Part shown: in pieces, positions 12,050 through 25,000 of the stretch
Numbering within the stretch: position 1 is the stretch's first letter
How the letters are laid out: every line of letters begins with the position of its first letter
Origin: Raillietiella orientalis
Lineage: Eukaryota
NCBI GenBank assembly: GCA_036172245.1
Contig: JAYWIR010000033.1
Span: forward strand, 1,550,001 to 1,614,000
DNA length: 64,000 nt
Direction of reading: 5' to 3'
Notes under the pieces: model-generated
What the model was told of the DNA's origin: nothing
Seen by the model: only the letters and a program-made list of their open reading frames with translations
Database searches by the model: none
Made by a program: the position numbers and the translations under genes

Positions 12050-12830
12050 AGATGGTGACCGGGCCAGCATGAACCTGAGGAAACTCTGCGATTCTAACGT
12101 GCGAATTGGTCGTGAGAGCTGAATGTAGGGCCGAAAGACGAATCGAACCATCTAGTAGCTGGTTCCTTCCGAATGTTCCCTCAGGATAGCTGATGCTCGC
12201 TGAGGAGGAAGAAGAACGGAGTCTCATCCCTAAAGAGAATGATTCGAGGTCTTGGGGCCGAAATGACCTCAACCTATTCTCATACTTGAAATGGGTGAGA
12301 AGACCGGCTTTCTTGGAAGCTGGAGCTCCGACTGGATCGAATCCATGAGCGTCAAGTAGGCCCATTTGGGCAAGCAGAACTGGCGCTGTGGGATGAACCA
12401 AACGTTGGGTTACGGCGCCCGCTGCGACGTTCGTCAGATCCCATGTAAGGTGTTGGTGGCTATAGATAACAGGGCGCTGTCCATGGAAGTCGGAATCCGC
12501 TAAAGAGTTTCGGCAACAACTCTCCTGCCGAAGCAACGGACCCTGGAGATGGGTAGCGCTCAAGCGTCGAGCCTGAGCCCGACCTCCAGGACAGAGCCGT
12601 TCCTGCCCACCGGACGCGTTCCGAACGTCGCCTCAGGTCCTGTCGAGTAAGAGGGTGTTGCGATGGTGCGCGTAGAAGAAGGGTTTGGGTGCGAGCTCGC
12701 CTGGAGCCGGCGGCGGCGCAGATCTTGGTGGAAGCGGCAAAGACTCCAGTGAGATCCTGAAGGTCTGATGTGGAGGAGGGCTCCATGCTATCGGTCTTTG
12801 AGCATGGTCCCCAGCCTATCCCGAGTCCCT
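12045..12830 (+). pseudogene. 28S (LSU) rRNA pseudogene fragment, ~0.8 kb
   Basis: Conserved eukaryotic LSU blocks in order: AAAGATGGTGA, GAAAGAC.AATCGAACCATCTAGTAGCTGGTTCC, CCCTCAGGATAGCTG, TCAACCTATTCTCA, AAGCAGAACTGGCGCTG.GGGATGAACC, CCATGGAAGTCGGAATCCGCTAA, GCAGATCTTGGTGG, with substitutions and indels in normally invariant positions; no 18S/5.8S/ITS or downstream 28S. Confidence 0.93.
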
Positions 12831-13274
12831 AGAGAAGTGTGTGAATGAACGGAAACGGACATCTGCAGGTCCTAGTCGCGAACGCCACGCGTGGGAAGTC
12901 GGCAAGGCCCCGTGACCTCGGCTTTGTTCTCTCGTACCACACGAAAGATCGAGCAATGGGGACATCCCAACGGCAAAAAGTTGGCAGGAGGACTGCCGAT
13001 TTGAAATGGAACGCCGCTTCTTATCAAACCGGAGGCTGAGGAGATCCGATTCCGTGCAGCCGCGAGGCAGAAGAAAGCGAGAGAGAGATGCTAGTGCAAG
13101 GCTCCGTTGCACTTCCCTGAAAGACGGCAGTTTCTAGCGCGAATTCCGACCTCTTCCGACGGTTCTTCTGGAACGAAGGCTTTTCGGTAGCTGCAGCGTT
13201 GGGAAGCTGGTTGGCAGAGGAGCGGATGCGAGATCCAGCATTCTCCCTTGATTCCTAAGACCACTTTCGCTGAT

Positions 13275-14045
13275 TTCTACTTGTTGACTCCGGAACGCTT
13301 GTGTGAAAAAGTAAACCTAAAGTCAGAGGGGAACGGCGTCCCTTGAATACCAGAGATGCCAGGGAAAGAAAAAGCAGAAATCCATTGGGAATAACCACCG
13401 GCACGCAGGCTGGCTCCTAAAAAAGTAGGGAAATGAGGGAGGGGACAGTAAATAAATAAATAAAAAAAGCGGGAGTTGAAAGTCTTTGGTAACAAACGTT
13501 CCCTTCTTTCCGGAAGGGGCTGTGTATGGTGGTGGTGACCTCAGTGATGACCTCTTCTGGAAGGCGAGGCCACCTTGCAGCTGTCCTCACGAAGGCGGCT
13601 GCCATGCTGGTAGCTTCTTTTCGCTGCGAACACGGCCCCATCACGGAGTGGGCTGTGACAATGGCGCGGATGCAGCATCCCATTGTGATCGCAGCGCCCG
13701 TCCTTAGTCCGCCTTGAGCGAAGAAGTGCCTCAGCAAGGCTGAAGCGGAGGGAGTCCTGCAGTCGCCGGAGAGCCGAAGGGAGTCGCCGACACAAGTCCT
13801 CAAGGGTACTGCAGCCCTACAGGAAGTGAGGGATCGACTCCATCTCCCCGCACCTCGAACAGTTTGGGGAGGACGGAAACCAGGTGCCTGAGCTGATTGA
13901 GTACCGGAATCCCCCAGTAAGGGGAAACACCGAGGTGTCCACATGCCAGGAGCACCCATCGCCATCTGCGCTTAGAAACGAATGCTCGAAGATCACATGA
14001 CACAGAAAATGGGCTGTACTTAAAGAGTATCCAGGGCGTTCAGTT
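13275..14045 (-). mobile_element. 5'-truncated L1/Tx1-type LINE 3' end
   Basis: PNCSRCGEMESIPHFL finger, LLRHFFAQGGL..GCCIRAIV C-terminus, T-rich 3'UTR (13450-13470 A-rich on +). Confidence 0.75.
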
Positions 14046-14329
14046 GGTGTTGACATTTGATGACCCTTCTCAACTTGACCTCCGAACGGTTTTTTATCGC
14101 CTACCTTCTACCACGAAGCTTTCGAAACTTGCCTGTAGGGCCATCTGCAGTTTCCGAAGAGACGAGGTGCCTCGTCCGCGAGCGCGGGACACTATTTTCT
14201 TCCGTGTCCAAGCTGCTTACCGCCGTGGCACTCGATTCGTAGTCACCTCCTCTTGAAGTGCTCCGGCAGTGCCCCCTTGACCTTGAGATTTATATTTTGG
14301 CTTTCTTTTCGTTTCACGGGAGAGGCGTC

Positions 14330-14560
14330 TCTATGGATGCACCGGGCTGGTCATCCACGAACGCGAGCGGCTCTGCCACCGGTAGGCGACCGCCACCGAA
14401 CACGGCTGCTTTCGAGAACAAGCGGGCGACTCACGCACGAGACGCACGCGGGGTGCGTAAGAACCAGAACTACTGTGCGTGGGACAAGATCGCGGAGAAC
14501 CTCCGCGAACCGTTTCCCGCTGAAGACAGGACGTCACCGCCACGGCTGGAGAGGCAGCCC
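14330..14560 (+). pseudogene. Myb/SANT-like DNA-binding domain fragment (likely transposon-derived)
   Basis: AFENKRATHARDARGVRKNQNYCAWDKIAENLREPFP..RT resembles Myb/SANT-like trihelix domains (ENK.....K..AWxKIAxxxN...RT). Confidence 0.5.
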
Positions 14561-17500
14561 GGAGGAGTGACCTACCATCGAAACACTCAGGACGACGTCC
14601 CCATGTTTTCGAGAGTAAAGAGCACCCCACAGACAGCACTCAAGACGAGGCGTGCGGAGCCAAGGAAACCTCGTGCTTTCCTGCCCAGCTCTGCGCCAGG
14701 ACTGGGGCCAGCGGTGACGGGCTTGCAGATGAGTGCAAGGGTGGAAATCGCTACAGGATTGTTCGGGGGGGGACGACCACGTTCCCGTGACGACGGCAGC
14801 AATCGACCTCTTCGTCACGTCAAGGCACAAGCGTTGCGATAAGAAGGGCAAAAATGGGAAGAACAGGAAAAGCAGCGTCTGGCACGGAGATGTTAAGATG
14901 ACTCGTTCGAAAGAACGCATGCATCCTGAAAGCATAAGAGATCCAGGAGAGCAGAACCTTTAACAGCCCCGAGTGGTCAGATCGCAAAGACAAGTTTGGA
15001 CCGACGGAAGCAGCCCTCAGTGCTGTGAACGGCCGTGTGTTGGAAACACTTGCGGGTGCCTCCGTTCTCTTTGTCCGATTGCTGTCTTGCATGCAAGTAC
15101 CCCAAATCAGTTCCCTCCGCTGGGGACTGGGGACGATTTGGGGACTCGCCGCACCCGCCCCGAGCCTGGAGCCAGAGATGCACCGTGAGTTCTTCCGCCC
15201 ATCTTCAGTTTCATGAACCCCGTAGCGAACCCAATGTGCAGTGGGGAGTCTGCTTCTCGCCAGAGCGCGTGGCTTTCCAACGATGAAGCAGCTGCAGTCT
15301 TCGGGAAATCATTTTTGGGGATGGAGGTCCTTTTCTTCCTGACACTCCGGACAGGCATCAATCAGGCAGCTCCACAGCATAGACCGTAGCTACGCGGCCG
15401 TTCTGCGGGTGGTTGAAGAGAGATCTCAGGGCTCATGTGTGAGCCTCTGATAACGAAGCGGGAAGAGGTGGCGCGGGCATGCGGCACCAGGAAATGAACT
15501 ACATGATTATCGAATTCATGCGTCCTCTTGCTTTCATGACCACTCGCGCAAGTAGGTAGTCCGAGATGTTCCCAACCGGACGCCAGAGCCGAAGACATCC
15601 TCGGAAACACTCCGGACGCGCTGCCCTGACTTTGAACATCGGATCGACATCGCCTGCCCGACTTCGGGACCAGTGCGAAAGACGCACCGATCTTTTTTCA
15701 TTAATTTTCTTTTTTTCCTGCCACCCACGGAACTCCAGAATCTGTAGCTGGATGCAGCATCCCATCTATCCTGTGGAGATGACAGGTTTGGACCCATACC
15801 GTAGCGATGGCAGCATTTTTCCGTGATCTGTTTGACGGCTTGCGCAGGACTTGGAATTTCTGCTTCTCGCTGGATAACGCTGCGCGAACTGATGATCCAG
15901 GCTGAAGAACGAGGTTTTGAAGTACTGGTACACCTCACAGCACTCTGACGTTAGCTCCCACATGCATGCCACCCCTCCCCATTGGGCTCTGTCAAAGCCA
16001 TTATTTCCAGAAGGAACCAAACAGGAGTCACTACTGCTGGGGTCTCGATTTGAGAATGCCTTCATAAAACCTCCCCGATGCGGCAAGCCATTTGAACTCT
16101 AACGAGTCACCAAGAACTTGCAGTTTATGTACTTTTTTCTTAAAAAAAAAAAACTTTGCTCCTTGGAAGGCTGATGCAGGTCTTTTGCACTTCCGGTGAC
16201 ACATGGTCACATGAGCATTTGACCCAAGTAGGACTGGAATCTGTGCGTGCTGGAACTGGGTTTTCTGTGCCTGAGATGAGAGATCCCGACGTGTGATGTG
16301 AGTATGTCTCGTAGCAGACTCTCACACACCTCCTATTGAAATGGACACCACCGCTGTACCGCTGGAATTTCGAAGGAAGTGCGTTTTGCCTTTCAGTGTC
16401 CTCGCTTAGCCCCGGCAACTCCAATCCATCAACCGGGGACTCAAAGGCGCCTTCCGGGGACTTGGTCCAATCAGGTCAAGCGAGATGTCCGGGGGATTCG
16501 TCATTTTGCTTTCTGACCTTAGACAGGAATGCGGAAGATTCCAAAAAAAGAAGAAGAAAAAGAAAGAAGGAAGAAAACGCTTGACTCATCGATCGGCGAA
16601 GAGCATCTACGTGTTCAGCTTCCGCACATCACAGAGTCAGTGCCCATTCTTTGATGGGTCACTCGTGTTACTAACGACATTTACTTCCCTCTCGGAAGGG
16701 GGAGCGGGAAATCCCCCACGTCTGTCACTAATGGACAAATAGCCAATGGGTGTGAGCATCGTCTCAGTCACATTCGACCGCCTCTTCACGCTTTGTTACG
16801 TTCAAGTCGGAGCCCGTGTGATTTGATTCGCTCCTCTTCCGCCCGTCTCCCGCGGAAACGGGTTCGCTCGGCCTCCCGTTCTCCCCATACAAGGGAAGCT
16901 GCATGTCGTTTTCCCCTCTCCGAGGAAGCTTGGAGTGAAGGGAATCGGGAATCTCTGGCGAATGAGGAGGGGAACACGGAGCGGGCGAAGCGCTGCTCGG
17001 CGCACACCGAGCTCGGGAGGTATGGAGGGGAGGGGGATCGGGGGTCACGCGCGCGTTACTCTGAGGAGGGTCAGCGCTCTTCCCATCCCTTGGGTCTCTC
17101 CTTCAACAAGGAGCAGCGGGAGAACTGGAATACGGCTGTGCTTTTCGAAGAGGAGAGGCCAGCCGGAAAGGTCGGATGCCTGTTGCTGCGTTTTTCTTGC
17201 ATCGGAACTTCAGCTGCATGGAGTCCGCCATGCCATCGTCGAACAAAACGCCGACACCGTGAAGATGCGATCCTTGAACGCGTCCTGTCTCCTGATTGCC
17301 ATGGCAAGAGCGGACCGTGCCACCTGTTTCAGAAGCGGGAAACTCATCCCTCGTTCCCGAGAGCTTCATCTACTCGGGATGAAACGCTCCCGCTCGAAGG
17401 ACAGGTTACATCCGGTGCTCTGTCCACATCATTGGGACGTTGCGCAGGGGGTTAAGAACGACCTGATGGTACCGACATTTTGTCCCAACATTGGGATAAA

Positions 17501-17739
17501 ACATCAGGAAGCATTGAAACGGTCACGTCTCCTTGGAAACAGTTCTGCGAGGCTACTGAACGAGAGCGAGAACAGCATACCCCATTCTTCCATGCTTTTG
17601 CAGGGGACCTACCAACCGTCCTGTCCACTCGGCACTCTACTGATTTACAGGCTAGCGGTACCTTCCGCGTCAAGGTGGTGCCTCGCAAACTGAACGAAGC
17701 CTCGACCTGACCCAGCCGGGAACCCCACCTGCGCCTAGA

Positions 17740-18950
17740 CTGCAAGCGTAGTACGCAGCATCGGGTCACTGAGTGGAGAACTCATGCGGTTGGGGTCAAA
17801 TCTCAAGGTGCGGGTGGCGAAAAGTATCCACCGGGAAGGTGTGCAATTTAGCAGCAATGAGGTGGATTCCGACACGTCCAGGCATCCCGAAACGTGGGTG
17901 GCGAATTCGATTCGTTGGCGCCACATGGCTTTTATACGAAAGGCCAATAGCGACCTCGCGGGAAAATCTTGGCCTAGGATTGAGCCGGTTCACCCGGTTG
18001 TGCCGGGGGGCATTCTCGGTAATGAAAGTGCATTTGTTTGATAGGAAGCTTGGTTCTACCACGTGCTTCGAACCTGTCGAAGAGCGAGGTTCAGGGCAAC
18101 CATCTGGCGGAGTTGGTACCCTCAGCCATCTCTCGCGAGCGACTAGGAGGGATGTGAGTTCCTCGCAGCCGGTTGCGCTCTTCGCGATGAGCCGTGCCGG
18201 TGCGCACCAGTTCGTGGCCCATAGCCCTAGCGACCGGCACTAAGTCTCGTCGCTAGGGCGAGTCTTCTGAATACGAGCTGACGCTCCATCCTCTCCAGCG
18301 TAAGGAGGTCCAGTCCGCCATCCTTACGCGGAGCACGCAAGTCTTTGAGTCGGACCCCTAGGCCTCCCTGTGCACCATATTGCTTTCCTCAGGAGGTCTT
18401 TGGTCTTACTCTTGAGGTCAGGTAGGGAGGAGCAAACAAAAAGTGGGAGACGAAGGAGGGGGGCCAAGAAGGTGTTCCAAACCGCGGCTGGTTCCTGCAA
18501 GTAAGACTTGCCGTCCTGGAACGGACCGAGAGCCATCTCCACCTTTTGAAGGCAGCCGGACCAGGGTACTTCTGCTACGCAGGAGTCCTTCAACGGAACG
18601 CCAAGGTACTTGAAGTACCCACCCGTGGCAATCCCCAAGTGGATCCAGGCCGGCCGGCCGGTCCACGCCGCACCGACCGGCACCAAGAACGACTTGGCTC
18701 AATGTCCGCCAGCGGAGGAGCAGCTCGAAGAAGTGCTCGAGTGCAGACGCCGGGAGGACATGGGGAGAAGCAGCAGCAGATCGTAAGCGTAGGTCGACAC
18801 GGCAGGCGCGTCCGAACACAAGCTCAGTGCAGGGTTGCCAGAGTCTCCCTGCAGCGCCAACTCGAAGTAGATGCTGAAGAGCTGAGGTCTCAGGCTGTCA
18901 TCCTGCCTGATGCCGCGGAGAACGGGCACGCCATACACGTGCGGCCCCTG
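17740..18950 (-). pseudogene. L1/Tx1-type LINE ORF2 reverse-transcriptase remnant
   Basis: RGIRQDDSLRPQLF (RG.RQG.PLSP.LF), STYAYDL (YADD decayed), FKYLGVPL, WNTFLAP, RKDGGLDL (GGLG) in the correct order. Confidence 0.85.
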
Positions 18951-19021
18951 AAACGGATATTAATAAGCGCCGAGAATGATGGAAAACCTTTTGAGTTCTT
19001 CTGCTTGGCTGCTTTCCTTCT

Positions 19022-19545
19022 AGCTTCTTCTTTTTTTTCTTTTGAGTTCGCAAAATGCTGAAGAACCGTTCGCCTCTTTAGACGGGGTTTACAAAGCTCT
19101 TTAAACACTGTCTGTGTCACCGAGGGTGCGTGCAACTCTTCAGGTTAGGAAATAACCCCGAAAGGACCACCCTGTGAATCCAGGAAGACCTCTGGAGGTA
19201 AGGGTGTGTTCCTTTCTTACGCTCGGGAGAGAGTCCCAAAGGGAACCCTCTTGGTTGTCTCCAAAGGGAACCTCAAAGGGCGCTTTCCGAAAGAAGCAGC
19301 CCGCTTCTTACACTGCGGAGAGGTATCAACCAGTTCCATTGGACGCGATGGAACCGGCGCTCCTTGATTCCCGTAAAGACCCCTTAAGGAACCCGGCCGA
19401 TCAACAAGGGCGTCCATCTTCCCCCAGTGCCGCGTCCTATGTCTATAGGCCGCAACCAGCGTCGTCCTGCGGGGAGGACTCGAAACCTACGATGCACCCA
19501 TCTCTCCTCGTCGATCCTCTAGGGTGCCACGCGCGGAGACCGGCA
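19022..19545 (-). mobile_element. SINE-like dispersed repeat, copy C (internally deleted), with A-rich tail
   Basis: Shared blocks GAGGGTGCGTGCAACTCTTCAG, GGGCGCTT.CCGAA.GAAGCAGC.CGCTTCTT, CAACCAGCGTCGTCCTG, GGACTCGAAACC; T-run at 19025-19043 would be the A-tail on minus. Confidence 0.7.
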
Positions 19546-19849
19546 CACGCGGCTTTTTGGACAACACACGTGCGGAAACTGTCAGCCATTTTTACAATCA
19601 GTAGATTGCAACGGCGCACTCCGTAGAATGACAGTCAAGCACGGAAGAGGAATTTGTCCTCCGAATGTTTCCCAATGGCCGAAACGCTTGTTGCATGACC
19701 TTCTAATCAACACGTAGTTGTGGCACATGTGTGGTTGATTTCGTCAGTACGCAGACAGTGACCGCGTTGGTCCTTTGTCATCGCACGGAGTGGCGCCTCC
19801 TCCAAGAGCAGGGCTTGGCGCAAAGACATTGGAGCACCCTGCCGTTTGA

Positions 19850-20560
19850 CGCCTAAAGTCGGACGGTCTCTTGGAGCAGTTGGCTCTGTGAACGCAACCG
19901 CTGTTTACGTGGCCCAACACATTCAACCAACACTGGGAGATGCCTCAGCGAGATCGATAAAAAGTTGCGAAGCGTCTTTGAACAACTTTCGCACATCCAG
20001 CATTTCACAAAAAGTGCTGTTTCGGACTTCCGGCTACACTTTACGGTCTTCAGATCATCAGAATAGCCAAGTCATTTCAGGAAAAGAAACTTTCCTAGAG
20101 ATCTGGAATTCACTGTTCATTTCATCAAACAGACCACGGGGACACTCGCGTACAACACATTCTTGGTGAAGTGTACGGTGATGCTTCAAAAGTGATCACT
20201 CACTGATGAATTGTTACCATGCCTACAGTAGCGGCGGCCCAACCCGATTGCTCCGGTACTCAGATTCCAACAGATCACAGAAACTGTGATGAAAGCAGAC
20301 AGTCATTCTTCGGTTTCGAAAGGATGAGTTTCAAGGAATCGCGCTTCGTAAGACATACAGGACGTTCTGATCGCAACTGTGGAGGCAAATATACGTGTAT
20401 GAGCTTCCGTACGCAACGTCTCCCTAAAGTTCACGATGTTTGGGCATCTGGAGCCCATCGGTATTGAGCCAGGTTAATGCACCAGTGTTCTCCCTTGAGG
20501 CATCATTTGGGCCACATCACCTGAAATGAGCCACAGAATTTCCTGGGAGGAGAATCCGTG
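19850..20560 (-). pseudogene. hAT (Buster/Charlie-like) transposase remnant
   Basis: Minus-strand GWAAATVG (TDGAAAMVG), TLHQEC (CxxHQE), LFDEMNSEF, FCEMLDVRKLF in order; stops and frameshifts. Confidence 0.5.
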
Positions 20561-21059
20561 ATCAGAGAATGATTCCTTGGTCGCGATGCCAATTAACCTG
20601 TTACGTGGGTTTGACCTATTCCTGCGTTTTGCAAAGGCCCCCCTCCCCCCCCACTGCGGTGGGGCGTTTGACGGATGGAAGGCGCGGCGTGGAAAGAAGA
20701 AAAAGAGCTGCGCCTTGCCATCGAAATGCGGAATTTCAGTGAAAAGTTGGGAGAATCTCACTTATTTGTGTGTTGAACTGACATTCTGAAGGGGGCGGCA
20801 ATGTGCAATGACGTCATGCATTTCTTATCGAAGCATTTTTGGGGTGATGTAAGGTAAAAAATTCTTCTTGCCTTCCCTTTTGGCATACTGAATTTGTTTG
20901 CATGCTTTTCACCTCACGGAAGCCCTGGTTGGGGGAAATGCTAATTTTTCTCTCAATTAAGGCCTCCATTAGTTTCCTCGATTCAGACTTCCACCGATTG
21001 GTTTGGGCAAAAGGTCATCTAGGTGAGATGTAAGCGTAATTTTAGTTTTTTCCTGGGAA

Positions 21060-21715
21060 GCCTCGCCTACAATTTCCAGTGTGCTTAGAAAGCCAAGGAA
21101 GAAATGCTCACTTTTATGAATTTTTGGATAAGAAGCCGACATCCATAATTGTGAAGCAGACGAATTCTCATTGCAAGGCAGTATGTGGAAATCCATCCTC
21201 CAAGGATGAGGAATTGGCATCCGGCAAACAGCACAGGAAGGAGACGCTCCATCTCCATATGGATGCTGCAAGGAATTGCCAGAAAGCCCAAAGCTGCATT
21301 CCTCTGGAAGAGGAAGAATGTCCACTCCTCCCTTAGCAGAGTGATGGCTCATCACAGACTTTTGTTGCCTTGCAGATTCATTCGTTCTGAAGGTAACCAA
21401 AACGCGACCTCGAGGAGCAGAATTTCCAAAATGGAAACTTTTCGGAAGAATATTCAACATCAATGCAGATATTCGTTCCAGGACGAGGCATTCGTGTCGG
21501 TGAATCCTTGTTGTTATGGAAACGGCGACGGTCTCGGAAGCAGTATATATATACCTCCTAAAAGGAGTCGTTTTGGAATGGAATTTTTTGTCTTATACGA
21601 AAGTCAATCTGCACACATCTGGAATTTCTGTACATACATCGGCAAGCATACAGAATGTGGTCGGAATTATCCTCTCAGTAAAAGACCGCTCTTGTGCGCA
21701 TCCTTCCTCTCATGA
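21060..21715 (+). pseudogene. piggyBac (PGBD4-like) transposase remnant
   Basis: IVKQTN, W.P, MLQGIARKP..FLW, SRVMAHHRLLL.CRFI, IYIPPKRSRFGMEFFVLYESQSAHIWNFCTYIGK; frameshifted, C-terminal half missing. Confidence 0.85.
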
Positions 21716-22064
21716 CCTATCGGGCCATAAGATCACCGATTTCTTGAGCGTTTTTTTTTCTTCTCATGTGGTGAAGTTTCTTATGTTCTATGCAGTAATG
21801 TTCTCCCCCCCCCCCATTGAAATTCCCAATAGATACATACATTTGCTGTGCGTTTGACTTACGCATACGTTTTCGCCGATTTCAATTCCGCACCCATCCT
21901 CGCATAAAAAGTTAAGAGAAGGGTGGCTAAAAGTTTCCGGGAAGCCAACGAAACGCTCCCAGAAGTAAATAAAATCGTGCTGGTAAAATAAAACACGCAC
22001 ACGCTTTATTGTACAAAAATAAGGTCCACTTGGGAGGAGGCGGCCGTGCGGCGCCACGCACTGT

Positions 22065-25000
22065 TCACTTCACTCGACCCGCCAAGTCTTTGAAATAGCA
22101 CGAACTCATGTCTTGGGCACAGGCATCGAGGTACTCTTCCAGACCGACCTGAGAGGCAAATTGAAATTTCGCCGTCACGTTCGATGTGCTGTGAAGCAGC
22201 ACTTCCAACGTCTGTTTCTGGCCATCATCGAGGCTGGAATTGGACGAGTTCTTCAAACTGGAACACACACGAATTATATGAGGGGGGGAGGGGTGGTACG
22301 TGGAGAAGACGGTACCATTTCGCCAAAGAAAACAACAGCGCGTCAACATCGGCATGAAAACCGACTAAATGATTCCAGAACTGCACGTCTCCCGAAAGCA
22401 ACACTCGCTTATACAGGAGCATCCCCCAATCCGGGGTGTGGTTGTATATTTGAAGGAGGAGCAAAACTTCAGCACAATTCACATTAACATTCTGCAGCAG
22501 CTGATCCAAACGGAAAACATCCAAACCAAGAATCGGAATGCCTTCAAGATGTATCTGAAGAGCCACTAACTGGGCTTGAAGAGCACAATGCTTAGATCTA
22601 CTGTACAAATGACCCTATCAATTCAGTCAGGAGTGATACTGATGAATGCCGTCATACATTACCTTATGGTAAATTTCTGCTGCATGGGCAAAGCTTTGCA
22701 TAGCCAGTTTTAGTGCTCTTCCATTTGACTTACTTGGTGACTTCTGGATGAGTGCTTCCAACTGCTGCTGTGCATCCTCCTCCCATATGGCAGCCACTTC
22801 TTTGTACATACAAAAATGATGGGCGACAAGACGTAACGTTTCTCGATCATACGGAGAACACGTTTTCAAGTAAGTTATAAGTGCCACCTGCAAGCCTGGA
22901 ATACGCTCCATTCCCTTGCTCAAAAGAAACTCAAACTGCTGCTCCTGCTGTAGGATGGCAAACACATATCCCATCTCTGCGTAGCGACCAATGCCAATTA
23001 GTAGACGGACCATTAGCTTCCAAAGCTGGGCTGCCTGGAGCTGAGCATTGAGTGTGCGAGCCCAGTGTAGGACACGACCAATTCCTTCCATGTCGCAGGC
23101 TGACGTAAAACAACTGTGACATACGATACAACATTCAACTTCCAAAGACAAGTTGGTCAAAGTCTTGGCCACGATATCCATGAAGTAATTGGCCAACTGT
23201 GCATGGTCGTCACAAAGTCTTAAGATAGCAGAACTCCGGGAGGAAGCTGCATCCGGACCTTCAGATTTCTGGATTACACATTCGAGCTGTGTAATAAGCA
23301 AGTTTGACACGAAATTCCGCAAAGCGTCTTTGGGTAAATCCGATAACCTTATGAACCTCAGGCATAAGGCAATATTGGATTCAGAAGGTGTAGACAGCAA
23401 TGCAGACAACAACTGAAAAGGATCTGGATGCTGGGCCACACTTTCATAAGACATTTGCATCTGACACGCCAGATGATACGTTGTCAGAATTTTCTCTGCT
23501 AAACCATGAATTTTGCAGGTAGAAACCAAATGGTTCAACAGTTTGTCGTCAGCACTTCCAGAAGAAATGGTTTTACTACTATTGCTATGAGTTGAGTTGA
23601 GGCTGCCACCATTCACAGTTCCAGAAGGCACAGAACGTACACATATCAATAACATGGTAGTCAATATTTGCAGATCCTAAAAAAAAAAAAAGGTCTGCGT
23701 TGCCTGCACCTGAAGCTCAATTTTCTTACTTGATGTTCGATTCCAAACAAAGACTGAATGTGCATAGCCGTGACCAAGTCTCCAGCCTGGAGCAATTCAT
23801 GCAGCAAACGAGCGTAGAGCACCCTTTCATCAGAATCGAGATTTTCCGGTATCCGGCCTTGTAGAGATCGCCTATCATTGGGTAGCAAGAAATCCAAGAG
23901 GAGGGGAATCTGCCGAGACTTCTGAATGCGTTTTTCTTCAAACTCAAGAATGACATCGGGCATCTTGGAAAGACTCAGCACATCGCTCAATGACGACTTA
24001 CTTGCTGCTCGGTTGCTGCATGCATCCTCACTTTCCACACATCCTTTTCCACGAAATTAATCTCTACGGACTGCTGATCGGGAGATAAGTCTTTTGCACG
24101 TGACCACTGCAGACAAAGCTGCAAGAGATAGTATCTACATTCCAAATCAAATTCTATTCACTGGGTTATAGCTTTGTTGTACTTCTCCCAAAGATTGCTC
24201 GTTTTCTCGGCATGATCCTGGAAAAAGCTTGCTGCAAAGTCTGGCTGAAGATTTTCACCACATAGTACAGTATCACAGTGATTCCAGAAGGATATTCGAT
24301 ATGCAAGCGTATCCAAAAATCCTTCTTGTTTCTCTTTTTGATACTCATGATTCAGCTACAATGCACATTCCATAAAATGAATCCAAGAGTAATAAACTCA
24401 CCTGCAACACTACAACAGTATCTGGGAGCAAAGATGCCAAACAAGCGAAATGCTTGGCTTTTTCATAGCATTCTAACTCCGTCAACTTTTGCAAAACTCT
24501 CTGGAACTCGGCTCCGCTTTTCAGTTTACTTTCATTCTCCAAGAGAACTTTCACATCCAAAAAAATGTTCGTGTCTTGAAGTAGGAATAACATCTTTTTG
24601 AGTAGTTCTATACTTTCAGCTAATATCCACATTAATTCTCCCGAAAAAGAGAATTTCTATTACCTTTCGATCCCATAACTTCTTTCATTTTAGGGTCACA
24701 AAGAGCTTCCAGAAGCTGAAATTCATGTTGTGTCACAAAAGAGCACTGGCACAGAAAAGTGCATACTAGGCGGCAACACAAATCTGTCTCCCATTCAAAT
24801 GTCCAATCAGATAACCAATACTTCTACCAAAAATGATTTCATGTATTTGATAAGGTTTCTCCTGAAAGCTTGCCTCATTCCTATTATTGAACCAGGCCGC
24901 TAAAAATAGCTTCAAATTCAAAATAACGTTATCTTTTTGAAGAAAGAATTGCACTAATAATGGCACACAAGAATGCTAATAACACCATTAAGCAAATCAA

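Noticed and set aside
12045..12830. Functional rRNA gene or rDNA unit
   Set aside because: Only an internal LSU fragment with mutations in invariant positions, no other rDNA parts, and TE flanks.
18..22000. Numerous 60-250 aa Arg/Ser/Pro-rich ORFs in the six-frame track, also at 51-56 kb and 60-64 kb
   Set aside because: They overlap on both strands in GC-rich decayed repeats and are not conserved in frame between repeat copies; treated as spurious except where TE motifs are cited.
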